Positions 38,844 to 49,695 of a stretch of 64,000 nucleotides of DNA are shown here, piece after piece (position 1 is the stretch's first letter; the number at the start of each line of letters is the position of its first letter). This DNA comes from Chloroflexota bacterium (GTDB lineage Bacteria; Chloroflexota; Limnocylindria; Limnocylindrales; CSP1-4). Under the pieces are notes generated by a model. It was not told the origin of the DNA. It did no database searches and worked only from the letters and a program-made list of their open reading frames with translations. The stretch is from positions 22,322 to 86,321 of the forward strand of contig JAJXUG010000011.1 in the NCBI GenBank assembly GCA_021783095.1, given 5' to 3'. The position numbers and the translations under genes were made by a program.

Positions 38844-39997
38844 CGCCCGCCCTCCGCGCCGGGCGCCACCTGGATCAGCGGCATCAGGGGCGCGAAGCCG
38901 CCAGCGGTATTGAGCCCGCGGCCGGCCGAGTAGAACGCAGCACAGGTGCCCTCGGACGACACCATCGGCGCGCCCAGCGGCTTCTGCGGGGAGCACAGCG
39001 TCCCGTACGCGGTGCAGTCGAGCGGCAGCTTGTCGCCGGTCAGGATCGCGCCCGCGATGCAGGCCGGGTGCTCGCTGGTGTTGATGTCGCCCACGTCGAA
39101 CTTCTGCTCGGCGTCGAAGCGCGCGTACTCGGCGCGCAGGCGGTAGCCGGACATCGGGATCTCGCCCACGCCGCGCCACTTGCGCGGACCCACCTCGAAC
39201 ACCTTGAGCACCTGCTGCTGGGCCAGCGGCACGCCCTCGCGGGTGACGGCGCGCGTGTACTGGTTCTCCACCTCGAACCGCCCGTCCTCGAGCTGGCGGA
39301 CCGCCATGTAGATGCCCTCGAGCAGGTCGAGCGGCTCGAATCCGGTCACCACGATCGGGACCCGGTACTTGGCCGCAATCGGCTCGTACTCGGTCCAGCC
39401 CATGACCGCGCACACGTGCCCGGCGGCGAGGAACCCGGTGACCTGGTTGGTGGGCGAGTCGAGCAGCGCGGTCATGGCGGGCGGCACGAGGACGTGCGAC
39501 ACGAGCACGCTGAAGTTGTCGATCCCGCGTCGGGCGCACTCGGCCACGGCCATCGCGTTGGCGGGCGCGGTGGTCTCGAACCCGACCGCGAAGAACACCA
39601 CCTGCTTGGCGGGGTTCGCGAGCGCGATCTTCACCGCGTCGAGCGGGCTGTACACGATGCGCACGTCGGCGCCCCGGGCCTTGAGGGCGAGCAGGTCCGT
39701 GGTGGAGCCCGGCACGCGCAGCATGTCGCCGTAGCTGGTGAAGATGACGTCCGGGCGGGCGGCGATGGCGAGCGCCTTGTCCACCTGCTCGAGCGGGGTC
39801 ACGCAGACCGGGCAGCCCGGCCCGTGGATCATCCGGACGCCCTCGGGCAGCGCCTCGTCGATCCCCTGCTTGACGATCGTGTGCGTTTGGCCGCCGCAGA
39901 CCTCCATGAGGGTCCAGGGCCGCGTCGTGATCCGATGGATCTCGGCCAGCAGCTTCTTGGCGAGCACGGGGTCGCGGTACTCGTCGAGGTACTTCAT
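38840..39997 (-). CDS. hypD: Hydrogenase formation protein
   Basis: [21 protein letters not shown] and PMVSSEGTC motifs. Confidence 0.96.
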   Translation of the reverse strand: MKYLDEYRDPVLAKKLLAEIHRITTRPWTLMEVCGGQTHTIVKQGIDEALPEGVRMIHGPGCPVCVTPLEQVDKALAIAARPDVIFTSYGDMLRVPGSTTDLLALKARGADVRIVYSPLDAVKIALANPAKQVVFFAVGFETTAPANAMAVAECARRGIDNFSVLVSHVLVPPAMTALLDSPTNQVTGFLAAGHVCAVMGWTEYEPIAAKYRVPIVVTGFEPLDLLEGIYMAVRQLEDGRFEVENQYTRAVTREGVPLAQQQVLKVFEVGPRKWRGVGEIPMSGYRLRAEYARFDAEQKFDVGDINTSEHPACIAGAILTGDKLPLDCTAYGTLCSPQKPLGAPMVSSEGTCAAFYSAGRGLNTAGGFAPLMPLIQVAPGAEGGR

Positions 39998-40344
39998 GAC
40001 AAGGGGCCCGCCATGGTGCTCGGCGGCAGCGCCGGGTTGAACGTGAGCGCCTCGGGGGCGTCGTCGGAGACCACGGCGGGCGCGTCCATGCCGGGGCCGA
40101 GGGTCATCAGCTCCGGGTCCATCACCCCCATCTCGTCGAGGATCTCGAGCGTCTTCTTCGCCTCCGCCTCGTCCACCTTGGAGATGGCGAAGCCGACGTG
40201 GACGATGACGTAGTCGCCGAGCTGGACGTCGGGCAGGTAGGCGAGGCAGGCGTCCTTGCGAACCCCGCCGAAGTCCACCTTGCCCATGGCCAGCCCGGCT
40301 TCGTCGCGGATCTCCGTGACCCGCCCGGGGATCCCGAGGCACAT
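39994..40344 (-). CDS. hypC: HypC/HupF hydrogenase chaperone with a C-terminal extension
   Basis: MCLGIPG start and [10 protein letters not shown] motif. Confidence 0.95.
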   Translation of the reverse strand: MCLGIPGRVTEIRDEAGLAMGKVDFGGVRKDACLAYLPDVQLGDYVIVHVGFAISKVDEAEAKKTLEILDEMGVMDPELMTLGPGMDAPAVVSDDAPEALTFNPALPPSTMAGPLS

Positions 40345-40349
40345 CGTTC

Positions 40350-42755
40350 CTAGCCCTCCTGGCCCGGTGCGCCCGAGGCACCGGCTGCGAGACGCGCCGC
40401 GGCGACCGCGGCCTGACCATAGCTGACCCCGCCGTCGTTCACGGGGACCTGGCGATTGATGAACACGTCGAAGCCGTCGGCGGCGAGCTCCCGCAGCAGC
40501 GTGGATGCGAGCCGCCGGTTCTGGAACACGCCGCCCGAGAGGCACACCGTCGTGGTGCTGGTCCGGGCGTGGGCGTCGGAGAGGAGCTCGCGAGTGACCT
40601 GCGCGATGGTCGCCTGGAACCGGGCGGCGAGCACGGGGCCCGATTCGCCCGAGCCCAGCAGGGACGCGAGCGTCGGGCGCGGGTCGTAGACCAGCAGGTC
40701 GTCGCGGTACGCCAGCCGGTAGGGCAGCGGGTCCGCGCGGCGGTCGCCTGCCGCGAGCTCGAGGTCGATGGCCGCCTGCGCCTCGTACTCGGCCACGTCG
40801 CGGATCCCCAGCAGCGCCGCCGCCGCGTCGAACAGCCGGCCTGCGGACGACGCGACTGGCGCGTTCAGCCGCCGGGCGATCTGCGTCCGCACCAGCGCCA
40901 CCTCGCGCGGGTCGAGCCGCTCGAGGAACCCGGCCGCGAGCTCTTCCGCGGCGGGCATCCCGCGGATCGCCCCGTCGTCGAGGTCCTCGCTCCCGTAGAG
41001 GTAGCCGAGCGCCATCCGGTACGGGCGCTTGACCGCGAGCGCGCCACCGGGCAGCGGCGCCCGGGCGAACCGCGCGAGCCGCCGGTAGCCGCGCAGGTCG
41101 GCCAGCAGCACCTCGCCGCCCCAGAGGGTGCCGTCGTCGCCCATGCCGAGCCCGTCGTAGGCGACGCCCAGGAACGGCTCGGTGATCCCGTGCTCCGCGG
41201 CGCACGAGGCCACGTGCGCGTGGTGGTGCTGGACGGCGATGCGCCGGTTCGCGGGGAACCGCGCCACGGCGTGCTTCGTGGACAGGTACTCGGGGTGGAG
41301 GTCGTGGACGACCACCTCGGGGTCGAGGGCGAGCAGCCGCGAGAGGTGCTCCAGGCCGTCGGTGAAGGCGCGATGGGTCGCGAGGTCCTCGAGGTCGCCG
41401 TTGTGCGGCGCCACGTGCGCCCGCTCGCCGCGCGCCAGGGTGAAGGTGTGCTTGAGCTCGGCCCCCACGGCGAGGAGCGGGACTGGCGTCGCGATCGGCA
41501 GCGGCATCGGCTCAGGGGCGTAACCGCGCGCCCGCCGGACCACCGACTCGCGGCCGGCGATGACGCGCGTCACGGAGTCGTCGTACCGGGCGCGGATCTC
41601 CCGGTCGTGGACCAGGAAGCCGTCGGCGATGCCCGCCAGGCGCGCGAGGGCGTCCTCGTCGTCGGTCGCGAGCGGCTCGTCGGTCAGGTTGCCCGACGTG
41701 AGGACGAGCGGGCGATCCAGGTGCGCGAGCAGCAGGTGGTGGAGCGGCGTGTACGGCAGGAACACGCCGAGTCGGCGGTTGCCCGCGGCGACCGAGCGGG
41801 CGAGCACGGAGCGCGCGGCGGGGCGCGCCTCGAGCAGGACGATGGGCCGGGCCGGGCCGGTCAGCAGCTTGCGCTCCAGCACGCCCACGCGGCACAGGGC
41901 CTCGGCGGCCGCCGCGTCGCGGACCATGACCGCGAACGGCTTCGCCCAGCGGCGCTTCCGGTCGCGCAGGCGTCGGACCGCGTCCTCGTCGGTGGCATCG
42001 CAGGCGAGGTGGTACCCGCCCAGGCCCTTGACCGCCACGATCTGCCCCTCGCGGAGCGCTCGCACGGCCGTCACGAGCGCCTGCTCCGCCACGGCCGAGG
42101 GCGCGGGCGTGCCAGTCGCCTGCCAGGCGATGCGGGGACCGCAGGCGGCGCAAGCCACGGGCTCGGCGTGGAACCGGCGGTTGGCGGGGTCGCGGTACTC
42201 GCGCTCGCAGGCATCGCACAGCGGGAAGGCGCGCATCGTGGTCTGGGCCCGGTCGTAGGGGAGCTCGTCGATGATCGTGGCGCGCGGCCCGCAGTTGGTG
42301 CAGTTGATGAACGCGTAGCGGTACCGCCGGTCGGTGGGGTTGAACAGCTCGGACAGGCAGTCGTCGCAGGTGGCGATGTCCGGCGGGAAGAGCCGTTCCT
42401 GGGCGGCGGCGGACACGCTCTCGTCGATCTGGAACCCGGCCGGGAGCGCCGCGGCGATCGCCGGGTCGAGCGGCACCGAGGTGACGCGCTCAACCCGGGC
42501 GCGCGGGGGCGCATCGGTGCGCAGGCGCCGTGCGAAGGCGTCGAGCGCCGCGAGGGTGCCGGCGGCCTCGATCTCCACCCTGCCCGCGGCATTGCGGACG
42601 CGGCCGTGCAGCCCGAGTTCAGTCGCCAGGCGCCAGACGAACGGACGGAAGCCCACGCCCTGCACCACCCCCTCGACGAAGAGGGCGTGGGCGGCATGGT
42701 TCGGATCGGCGGCCGGGACGCGCACGTCCGACTGGACGGTTGCAGCCATGCGCAT
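40350..42755 (-). CDS. hypF: Carbamoyltransferase (alternative start 42749)
   Basis: VQGVGFRP acylphosphatase domain, CxxC zinc fingers, [16 protein letters not shown] and PVNDGG motifs. Confidence 0.96.
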   Translation of the reverse strand: MRMAATVQSDVRVPAADPNHAAHALFVEGVVQGVGFRPFVWRLATELGLHGRVRNAAGRVEIEAAGTLAALDAFARRLRTDAPPRARVERVTSVPLDPAIAAALPAGFQIDESVSAAAQERLFPPDIATCDDCLSELFNPTDRRYRYAFINCTNCGPRATIIDELPYDRAQTTMRAFPLCDACEREYRDPANRRFHAEPVACAACGPRIAWQATGTPAPSAVAEQALVTAVRALREGQIVAVKGLGGYHLACDATDEDAVRRLRDRKRRWAKPFAVMVRDAAAAEALCRVGVLERKLLTGPARPIVLLEARPAARSVLARSVAAGNRRLGVFLPYTPLHHLLLAHLDRPLVLTSGNLTDEPLATDDEDALARLAGIADGFLVHDREIRARYDDSVTRVIAGRESVVRRARGYAPEPMPLPIATPVPLLAVGAELKHTFTLARGERAHVAPHNGDLEDLATHRAFTDGLEHLSRLLALDPEVVVHDLHPEYLSTKHAVARFPANRRIAVQHHHAHVASCAAEHGITEPFLGVAYDGLGMGDDGTLWGGEVLLADLRGYRRLARFARAPLPGGALAVKRPYRMALGYLYGSEDLDDGAIRGMPAAEELAAGFLERLDPREVALVRTQIARRLNAPVASSAGRLFDAAAALLGIRDVAEYEAQAAIDLELAAGDRRADPLPYRLAYRDDLLVYDPRPTLASLLGSGESGPVLAARFQATIAQVTRELLSDAHARTSTTTVCLSGGVFQNRRLASTLLRELAADGFDVFINRQVPVNDGGVSYGQAAVAAARLAAGASGAPGQEG

Positions 42756-42932
42756 AGCGTCGTCGCGCAAGGTCGGCCCAAGATGTGCCGAACGGCCCGA
42801 AACCATGTCCGGACGGACGGGGGCTCGCCGCGCCTGTTTCCCCGCTGCCCGCGGCCGCGTCGCGGGCAGCGGGACCGCCGGGGCACCGCACGCCCGCGCT
42901 GGGGCGAGGCCTGCGCTCGCCCGGACGAACCG

Positions 42933-43457
42933 TCAGCCAGCGATATCGACTCCGGCCGACTCCCCGGTGTCGCGCGGCGTCGACGCCATGACCTCGGTGA
43001 TGACCTCGGTGCGGGTGATCCGGTCCCGGTTCACGAGGACGACATCGCGATGCGTCGGGGCGGCGTCGCGCCCGGCGAGGCGGAAGTCCACCTCGGTCAT
43101 CGGCACGAAGCGCACCCACTTGGCCAGCGAGGCCATCGGCAGAGCGCTCGGCGGCCGGTGCAGATTGCCGGTGACCTCGAACGGTCCGACCTGCATCCAC
43201 ACCCGATCGGTGATGGTCCGGAGGCGACGCGTGGGGTCGCCCCGATGGCCGTCGACCTCGATGATGTGGAGTTCGTAGCGCTCCACGTCAAGCTCGTCCA
43301 CCATCATCGTGCGCCCGTCCTCGAGCGCCTCGAGCGTCGCGCCGAAGAAGGTGAGGAGGTCCGCCTGGTTGACCTGATCGCTCAGGCGCTCCTCGCCAAT
43401 GCTGACGTCCCCTCGAACGACACAATCGCCCGCCCAGGCGACCAGCTGCTCGCGCAT
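42933..43457 (-). CDS. Hypothetical protein, apparently two tandem DUF6812-like beta repeats
   Basis: VVRGDV...RLSDQVN and EVTGNLH...FVPMTE...VLVNRDRI; GGAG RBS. Confidence 0.6.
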   Translation of the reverse strand: MREQLVAWAGDCVVRGDVSIGEERLSDQVNQADLLTFFGATLEALEDGRTMMVDELDVERYELHIIEVDGHRGDPTRRLRTITDRVWMQVGPFEVTGNLHRPPSALPMASLAKWVRFVPMTEVDFRLAGRDAAPTHRDVVLVNRDRITRTEVITEVMASTPRDTGESAGVDIAG

Positions 43458-43597
43458 GGCGATCTCCAAGCTGCAGGCGACGGCGGGTCGAACCGTCGTG
43501 CCGCACGCGCAGCATACGCCGCCAGTCGTGGTGGGGAAGAGAGCCGTCCGGGGTGGTTTGCAGGCGCACCGCACCCCCCGTTTGGAGGGCCGTCAGG

Positions 43598-44758
43598 TCA
43601 GGGGATCGCAGCGGCAGCCTGCTCGGCGAGCGCGGCGTCCGCCGTCGTGATCACGAGCACGACGTTCCCCTGGGGCCGCAGGTAGTAGAGCATGCCCCCG
43701 TCGCCCAGATCGAACTTCGTCCACGGCTTGCCAGCCAGCGTGATCGTGCTCTGCTTGACGGCAGACCCGGTCATCCCGAAGTAGTCCATCGTCAGCAGGC
43801 GGACCTTGGCCGCATCGAGGCCGGTCACCGAGACTGCGGTCACACCGAGCACGGGATTCCCGCTCGCGTCATTGGCCGCGGCCTGCGCCATGTGGAGGTC
43901 GTCGGGCTGCTTGCCATCGGCCGCGAGGGCGACGGCCGCCGGCTCGCCCTCGGACAGGGCCGCGCTGCCGAGCTGGCTGGCCGTCGTGAGCTGGAGGGAG
44001 CCCACCTTCGTCGGCAACAGCTTCTCGAGCTCGGGCGCATCGTGGGGGAGGCTGCTTGCGTCATTCGACGGCGAGGCGTTGGCGGACGACGCCGGCTCCG
44101 GCGAGCTGATGCTGCCGCCGTCGCCCCCGAGCGCGCGGTCGTAGGCGGAGGCGACCGTCTCGATGTCGGTGGCGGTCGCGCCCTGCGAGGCCACAATGTC
44201 GACCAGGATGTCGCCGCGGCGGAACTCCAGGAAGATCGCCCCGGAGTTGGCGTCGGTGGCCTCGAACCCGCCGTCCGAGAGGTCGTTCTTGGTGCTCACG
44301 GCCTGGCCGATCTCGCGGGCCGCCGCGGCCGCGCGCGAGAGCGCCTCGGCGGCACCGTCGGGGATGCAGGTGACCGTCGCGAGGACGTTGGGGGCGCCGC
44401 TGCCATCGCCGGGGTCTGGGCCCGCGTACGTGGTCGATCGGCGATTCGTGTCGAACGTGGTGCCCCGCATCTGCCACTGGGCCGGCAGGCGGTTGGCGTC
44501 GGGCTCAGCGCTCCACACCGCGCTCTGGCAGCTCGAGCCCGTTCCCGCGAGCGTCCGCCAGACGGCGAGGCCGAGGGCAATCCCCGCGATGACGATCGCG
44601 AGCAGCGCGAGCTGGGTGGCGGTCCGGCTCGATGCGGCCAGCGCGGCGCGCTCCTCTGACGGTCGGCGGCGCGGCGCCTGGGGCACCTCCGTGGGTGACG
44701 GGTACCCGGATCGCGGGTGGCGCAGCGGATTGCGCGAAGGGGTGCGCGGCTCGGTCAT
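43598..44758 (-). CDS. Hypothetical single-pass membrane-anchored protein
   Basis: Basic N-terminal tail, TM segment LALLAIVIAGIALGLAVW, two extracellular domains joined by a Ser/Pro linker. Confidence 0.7.
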   Translation of the reverse strand: MTEPRTPSRNPLRHPRSGYPSPTEVPQAPRRRPSEERAALAASSRTATQLALLAIVIAGIALGLAVWRTLAGTGSSCQSAVWSAEPDANRLPAQWQMRGTTFDTNRRSTTYAGPDPGDGSGAPNVLATVTCIPDGAAEALSRAAAAAREIGQAVSTKNDLSDGGFEATDANSGAIFLEFRRGDILVDIVASQGATATDIETVASAYDRALGGDGGSISSPEPASSANASPSNDASSLPHDAPELEKLLPTKVGSLQLTTASQLGSAALSEGEPAAVALAADGKQPDDLHMAQAAANDASGNPVLGVTAVSVTGLDAAKVRLLTMDYFGMTGSAVKQSTITLAGKPWTKFDLGDGGMLYYLRPQGNVVLVITTADAALAEQAAAAIP

Positions 44759-44837
44759 TGCGCTAAGGATGCCTTGCGCGGGCGAATGGTGCGGCGTCTC
44801 GTCCCGCAAGCGGGGGACGGGGCCCGGGCCCGACTCC

Positions 44838-45878
44838 CTACCCGTCCTCGGCGAGGCGCCCCGCGCGGAACGCGGCCATGTACTCGGCACCGTAGGGATC
44901 ACGTCCGAGCAGGAGGTCCGACGCGAGCCGGTAGGCGGTGGCGTCGCGGTCGGCACCGAAGACGCGGCCCAGGTCCGACGCCACCGGGTCGACGATCCCG
45001 CTGTCGATCCCCGCCGCCGAGGCGAGGTCGATGAACACGTCATTGAGGATCCGGCGCGCGGGCATCCCGAACGACACGTTCGACAGGCCGCCGGTCAGGT
45101 GGACCTCCGGACCGTACTCCGCGCGCAGCTGGCGGGCGGCATCGAGGACGTGGGACGGCGCGTCCGGCTCGACCGCGACCGGCAGGACCAGAGGGTCGAC
45201 GAAGCAGGCGTCGAGGGGGATCTGCCGGGCGATCGCCAGCTCGACGATGGCGATCCCGTTGCGCACGCGGTCGTCGGTGTCGGCGGGCATCCCCGACGGG
45301 CCGCTGCAGGCGAGGATCACCGCGCAGCCCGCCTCCTGGGCCACGTCGAGCACCTCCGGGCGCTCGAGCGACGCGGAGTTGAGCAGCAGCCGGCCCTGCG
45401 GCTGGGTCGACGCCGAGACGCCTGCCGCGATCACGGCCACATCCGAGGAGTCGATGGCCACCGGGACCCTGGCGCTCGCCTCGACCGTCGTCACCAGCCA
45501 GGCGATCGCCTCGGCCCGGGTGCCGGAATCGGCGGACACCTCGTCCACGTTGAGGTCCAGCCAGTCGGCGCCGGCCGCCTCCTGCCGCGCGGCCATGACG
45601 CGGATGTAGGCTGCGGCGGTGTCGGCGTGGTCGCCCGCGTCGAGGCCCCACCGGATGGCGCTCGCGACGTGCTTGATCCGGCCGTTCGCGTAGTCCTTGG
45701 CGGCGGCGAGCGCGGGGTGGACGGGCAGGACTCGCCGCTCGCCCGCGTCGTCGAAGCCGATCCCGACCGCCCCGTCGGGCAGTTCGACGGCGTGGCGGCC
45801 CGCCCGCCGCACGACGCGGGTCGCGTGGATGTTCTCGCCGATGACGAGGAACGGCTGGCCGACGCGGTCGAGCCTCAC
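44838..45878 (-). CDS. Pterin-binding methyltetrahydrofolate:corrinoid methyltransferase (AcsE/MtgA-like)
   Basis: IGENIH, GADWLDLN, AIDSS, LNSAS, FVDPL and GLSNVSFGMP motifs. Confidence 0.88.
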   Translation of the reverse strand: MRLDRVGQPFLVIGENIHATRVVRRAGRHAVELPDGAVGIGFDDAGERRVLPVHPALAAAKDYANGRIKHVASAIRWGLDAGDHADTAAAYIRVMAARQEAAGADWLDLNVDEVSADSGTRAEAIAWLVTTVEASARVPVAIDSSDVAVIAAGVSASTQPQGRLLLNSASLERPEVLDVAQEAGCAVILACSGPSGMPADTDDRVRNGIAIVELAIARQIPLDACFVDPLVLPVAVEPDAPSHVLDAARQLRAEYGPEVHLTGGLSNVSFGMPARRILNDVFIDLASAAGIDSGIVDPVASDLGRVFGADRDATAYRLASDLLLGRDPYGAEYMAAFRAGRLAEDG

Positions 45879-47671
45879 GAGGCTTCATCCGGCTTGGGCG
45901 CGTCGTCATTCGCGGCCAGGGGTTCCGGCCCGGGCGCGTCGGCCTCGGCGCCGTCCGTCTTCGGGGCCTCCGGCTTCGGCCCCGCGAGGGTTGAGTCGGA
46001 CCCCGCCGCCACGGGCTTCGTCGGCTTCGTCGCCACGAGGGGCGCCATCGGCAGGGCCGCCCGCCCCGGCCGCCGCGCGATGTGGTCGCGCTCGAGGAAC
46101 GCGTTGCCCCAGGCGGATGTTCGCTGGAGGGCGTTGTCCTGGATGACCGGCGCCCGGTCGAGCATCGTGAGCTCCTCGCCGTACGGCTTGAGGCGCTTGT
46201 AGGCGTCGGCCCAGATGCACGTGTGGCCCGGGACCTCGCACAGCCCGTCGTGCGCGCCGCCGCAGGGGCCGTTGCGCTGGTTCTTCTGGCAGTGGCTCTC
46301 GGGGCACAGGTACGCGATGTCCGGCAGCGAGCAGTCGCCGCAGTCGCGGCAGTCGAACATCGGCACCTTGACCGCCTGCTCGAGCATGTGCACCGGCCTG
46401 TCGAGGTTGTACTGCTCGACCTTCTCGTAGACCTTCTTCCAGACGCCGAAGCCGGGCGAGTCGGGGTCGAAGGCCCGCTCGTGGACGATGCGGCTGAACC
46501 GGTAGAGCGGGTTGACCTTGGCCCGGGCGGCCTTGCGGGCGACGGGCGTGAGCGATCGTGCGTAGGCCTTCGCCGGCTGGTCGGTCGGGAGCCCGTCCGC
46601 GTCGCGCTCGAACAGGTGGAACGCCGCGGGCAGGCCCCAGGAGACGTCCTTGAGGAGCGCCTTCCAGTCGCCGGCCGGATGCGCGTCCACGAGCTCGAGG
46701 ATCCGCGCGATCTCGCCCGCGTTGCGGTGGCCCGAGAGGTAGACGCCCCGGAAGCCGAGCCCTCGGGCGACGATCGCCTGCTTGGCGGCGAGCTCGAGGA
46801 AGAACGCACGGCCCTTGTCGGCCCCCTTCGCCTCGCGCTCGGCCACTGCGAGCAGGTCATCGGTGACGACGCAGCCCGGGACCCTGCCGGCGTTGAAGGC
46901 GCGCGCCACGGGCGCCGCCAGGATGTACGCGTTGGCGACCGCCGGGATGCCCAGCTTGTCCCGCCGGATCACGGCCAGCAGCTCGGCCAGCTTGCGGGCG
47001 TCGTAGCCAACCTGCGCGATGGCGTAGTCGGCACCGCTGCGGACCTTGAGCCCGAGCTTGAGGTACTGCGGCACGAGGTCCCGCTCGACGCGCTTGTAGG
47101 GGTCGATGGCGCAGCCCAGGAGGAACCGGTGCGTGTTCGGGTCCGCGCCCGGCCCGGCGGCGATCGCCTTGGCGAGCGCCTCGTCGCCCAGCGCGCGGTA
47201 CATCTGGAGCAGCGCCACCGAGTCGATGTCGAACACCGGCCGGGAAAGCCCCTCGTAGCCCGACTCCGGGTAGTCGCCGGTCAACGCCAGGACAGACGTC
47301 AGGCCGCGGCTCAGGAGCTCCCAGCCCAGGCTCTGGAGCGCGTTGCGGCTGCGGTCGCGACACGCGACGTGGACGATCGCGTCGTGGCCCAGCGCCTGCG
47401 CGCTCTCGCCCAGCGTCGACGGGGAGAGCTTCGCGTGCCCGCCCGCGTTGTCGGTGATCGACACGGCGGTGATCCGCGGGTTGCCGACGAGGTCCTGCGC
47501 CGCCTTGAGCTGGTTGGCGCCCTTCGCGTCGGCGAGCTCGCCCGCCCACGGCACCAGCTCCACGACCGTGGCCCAGCCCGCAGGGTCCGCGAGCGCCCGC
47601 CGGAGGGCGCCGGGGCCGGTGGCGGCGAGGGAGGCCGAGTCGGCTGCGGGCTTCGGGTTGGGGCTCATCAC
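45875..47671 (-). CDS. metF: Methylenetetrahydrofolate reductase with a fused C-terminal Cys-rich MetV-like domain
   Basis: ITDN, HVACRDRSR, LALTGDYP and GADYAIAQ motifs; C-terminal CRDCGDC...CPESHCQKNQRNGPCGG...CE...CIW. Confidence 0.88.
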   Translation of the reverse strand: MMSPNPKPAADSASLAATGPGALRRALADPAGWATVVELVPWAGELADAKGANQLKAAQDLVGNPRITAVSITDNAGGHAKLSPSTLGESAQALGHDAIVHVACRDRSRNALQSLGWELLSRGLTSVLALTGDYPESGYEGLSRPVFDIDSVALLQMYRALGDEALAKAIAAGPGADPNTHRFLLGCAIDPYKRVERDLVPQYLKLGLKVRSGADYAIAQVGYDARKLAELLAVIRRDKLGIPAVANAYILAAPVARAFNAGRVPGCVVTDDLLAVAEREAKGADKGRAFFLELAAKQAIVARGLGFRGVYLSGHRNAGEIARILELVDAHPAGDWKALLKDVSWGLPAAFHLFERDADGLPTDQPAKAYARSLTPVARKAARAKVNPLYRFSRIVHERAFDPDSPGFGVWKKVYEKVEQYNLDRPVHMLEQAVKVPMFDCRDCGDCSLPDIAYLCPESHCQKNQRNGPCGGAHDGLCEVPGHTCIWADAYKRLKPYGEELTMLDRAPVIQDNALQRTSAWGNAFLERDHIARRPGRAALPMAPLVATKPTKPVAAGSDSTLAGPKPEAPKTDGAEADAPGPEPLAANDDAPKPDEAS

Positions 47672-47680
47672 AGGGCGACC

Positions 47681-49300
47681 TCAGGCGGGAATGGGTTCGA
47701 ACAGGCAGCCGTCGGTGAACAGGTCGAAGAAGTCGGGCTCGGTCTCCAGCTCCACATGCTCGATCCGGCGCACGAGGTTGTCGAGCGCCGCCTGCCTCCC
47801 CCTCGAGAGGAGCAGGGCGCGCGCGCCGGCAATGGAGGCGTTGCCCGCCCGGATCATGCGCTCGGGCGGGGCATCCACCAAGAGCCCGATCTCCACCGCG
47901 GTCCGGATGTCGAGCGCATTGGCGAAACCGCCCGCCAAGTACACGTGGTCGAGGTCCTTTGGCCGCAGCCCGAGCCGCCGGAGCAGGACGCGCTGGCCGA
48001 CCGCAGTCGCGGCCTTGGCGACGGAGAGATGGCTCGCGTCGCTGCGCGAGAACGTGATCCGGGGATCGTCGATGATGCGGAACTCGGCCGAGCCGCCGCG
48101 GAACGTGCCCCTGGTGGTCATCCATTCTGCGCGGCGCAGGATCGCCAGCAGGTCCACCAGGCCGGAGCCGCAGATCCCCTCGGGCGGGGCGTCGCCGATG
48201 ACGTCCACCTCGAACTCGTCGTCGACCAGGCGCGCCCGCTCGATCGCGCCCTCGGCGCCGGGCATGCCGTAGCGGACGCCGCCGCCCTCGAACGCCGGGC
48301 CGGCGGGGCTCGACGCCGCCAGCACGCGGTGCCCGTCGGAGGCGATGATCTCGGTGTTCGTGCCGATGTCCACGAGCAGGAACGAGCCGCCGCGCTCGAT
48401 CGCGTCCACGGCGACCAGGTCCGCGGCTGCGTCCGCGCCGACGTGGCAGGCGATGAGCGGCGCCGCCACGACGCGGCCCTGCGGGTGCATCAGCACGCCG
48501 AGCTCATGGGCGCGCCGCGTGATCATCGTCGAGGCGGCCTCGCCCGAGCGCCACGCCGTCTCGGTGACGGAGCGGTACGGGAGCCGGCCGATGGGCGCGA
48601 CGTCCAGGCCGAAGGCGAGATCGCGCATGGTGGGGTTGCCGACCACCACCATCTCGACCAGCTGCCGCCGCTCGAGGCCCAGCTCCGAGCACAGCCGCTT
48701 GAGCTCGTGGTTGAGCGCGCGGCGGAGCGCGAGGCGCAGCTCCCCGGGCCGCTCGGCCTCGTAGCTGATGCGGGTCATGACGTCGCTGCCGCCGAAGCGC
48801 TGGGGGTTCTCGATGGACGCGATGGCCAGGACGGCGCCCGAGCGCAGATCCACGAGCTCGAGCACGACGGTCGTGGTGCCCACGTCGAGCGCCACGCCGA
48901 CGATCGCGCCACCGACGGCGCCCAGGTCGGTGCCGTCGTCGGCCACCACCCGCCCGGCAACCTCGTGCACGGCGGGGTCGAGGTCGGGGTCGGCCCGCTG
49001 CTCGTCAGGGGCGAGCAGGATGCGCAGCCGGCGGCGGAGGACGCGGAACTCCACATCATCCTCGGCCGTGGCGACGCTCGCCTGGCAGGCGAGCCGGAAC
49101 GAGGGACCGAGGAAGGCCTCCTCGTCGGTGCGCGGCGTGAGTTGGTCGGCGCCCGACCGGATCTCCACCACGCACTCGTGGCAGCGCCCCGTCCTGCGAC
49201 ACGAGGCGGGCACGACGACCGAGAGCTCGGCAGCGACGTCGAACAGCGACTGGCCGGGCACGAGCGGGCGACGCTCGGAGCCGTGGATGAACTCGGGCAT
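47681..49300 (-). CDS. ASKHA-type ATP-dependent corrinoid reductive activase (RACo/DUF4445) with N-terminal 2Fe-2S
   Basis: CRRTGRCHEC...RLACQ, DVGTTT, NPQRFGGSDVMTRI, DIGTNTE, GPAFEG, GICGSG and LAGGFA motifs. Confidence 0.92.
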   Translation of the reverse strand: MPEFIHGSERRPLVPGQSLFDVAAELSVVVPASCRRTGRCHECVVEIRSGADQLTPRTDEEAFLGPSFRLACQASVATAEDDVEFRVLRRRLRILLAPDEQRADPDLDPAVHEVAGRVVADDGTDLGAVGGAIVGVALDVGTTTVVLELVDLRSGAVLAIASIENPQRFGGSDVMTRISYEAERPGELRLALRRALNHELKRLCSELGLERRQLVEMVVVGNPTMRDLAFGLDVAPIGRLPYRSVTETAWRSGEAASTMITRRAHELGVLMHPQGRVVAAPLIACHVGADAAADLVAVDAIERGGSFLLVDIGTNTEIIASDGHRVLAASSPAGPAFEGGGVRYGMPGAEGAIERARLVDDEFEVDVIGDAPPEGICGSGLVDLLAILRRAEWMTTRGTFRGGSAEFRIIDDPRITFSRSDASHLSVAKAATAVGQRVLLRRLGLRPKDLDHVYLAGGFANALDIRTAVEIGLLVDAPPERMIRAGNASIAGARALLLSRGRQAALDNLVRRIEHVELETEPDFFDLFTDGCLFEPIPA

Positions 49301-49695
49301 CGAGAGAGTCTATCGGCTGGCGCGGGGGCTCCGGCCGGGGCGTTGCCATGCGGCGCGACGGTCCGATGGACGGGCGCGTCGCCCGAGGCGAGCGGCATTT
49401 CGAACCTATCGAACAAGACTTGGCGACGGTGCGGCCCCGCTCACCTCGACTGGCGACTTGCCCTTCCTATTGAACACGCACGGCTCGCCGACGGCGATCT
49501 GCGGTGCGAACCGGCGGTTCTCGATGCCGAGATGGCGGTCGCCGCGCTCAACGACCGCCTCGTGAGAGCGGCCGGAAGCGCAGTCTCCGGCCAAGCCCTG
49601 CCCTGAACCGCGGCGATCGGCGAGAGATGTTCGTTCCTATCGAAAAGCGGTGGGTTCGAGGCCAGGCGCGTACCGCACTGAACGCCGCCCAGCGC

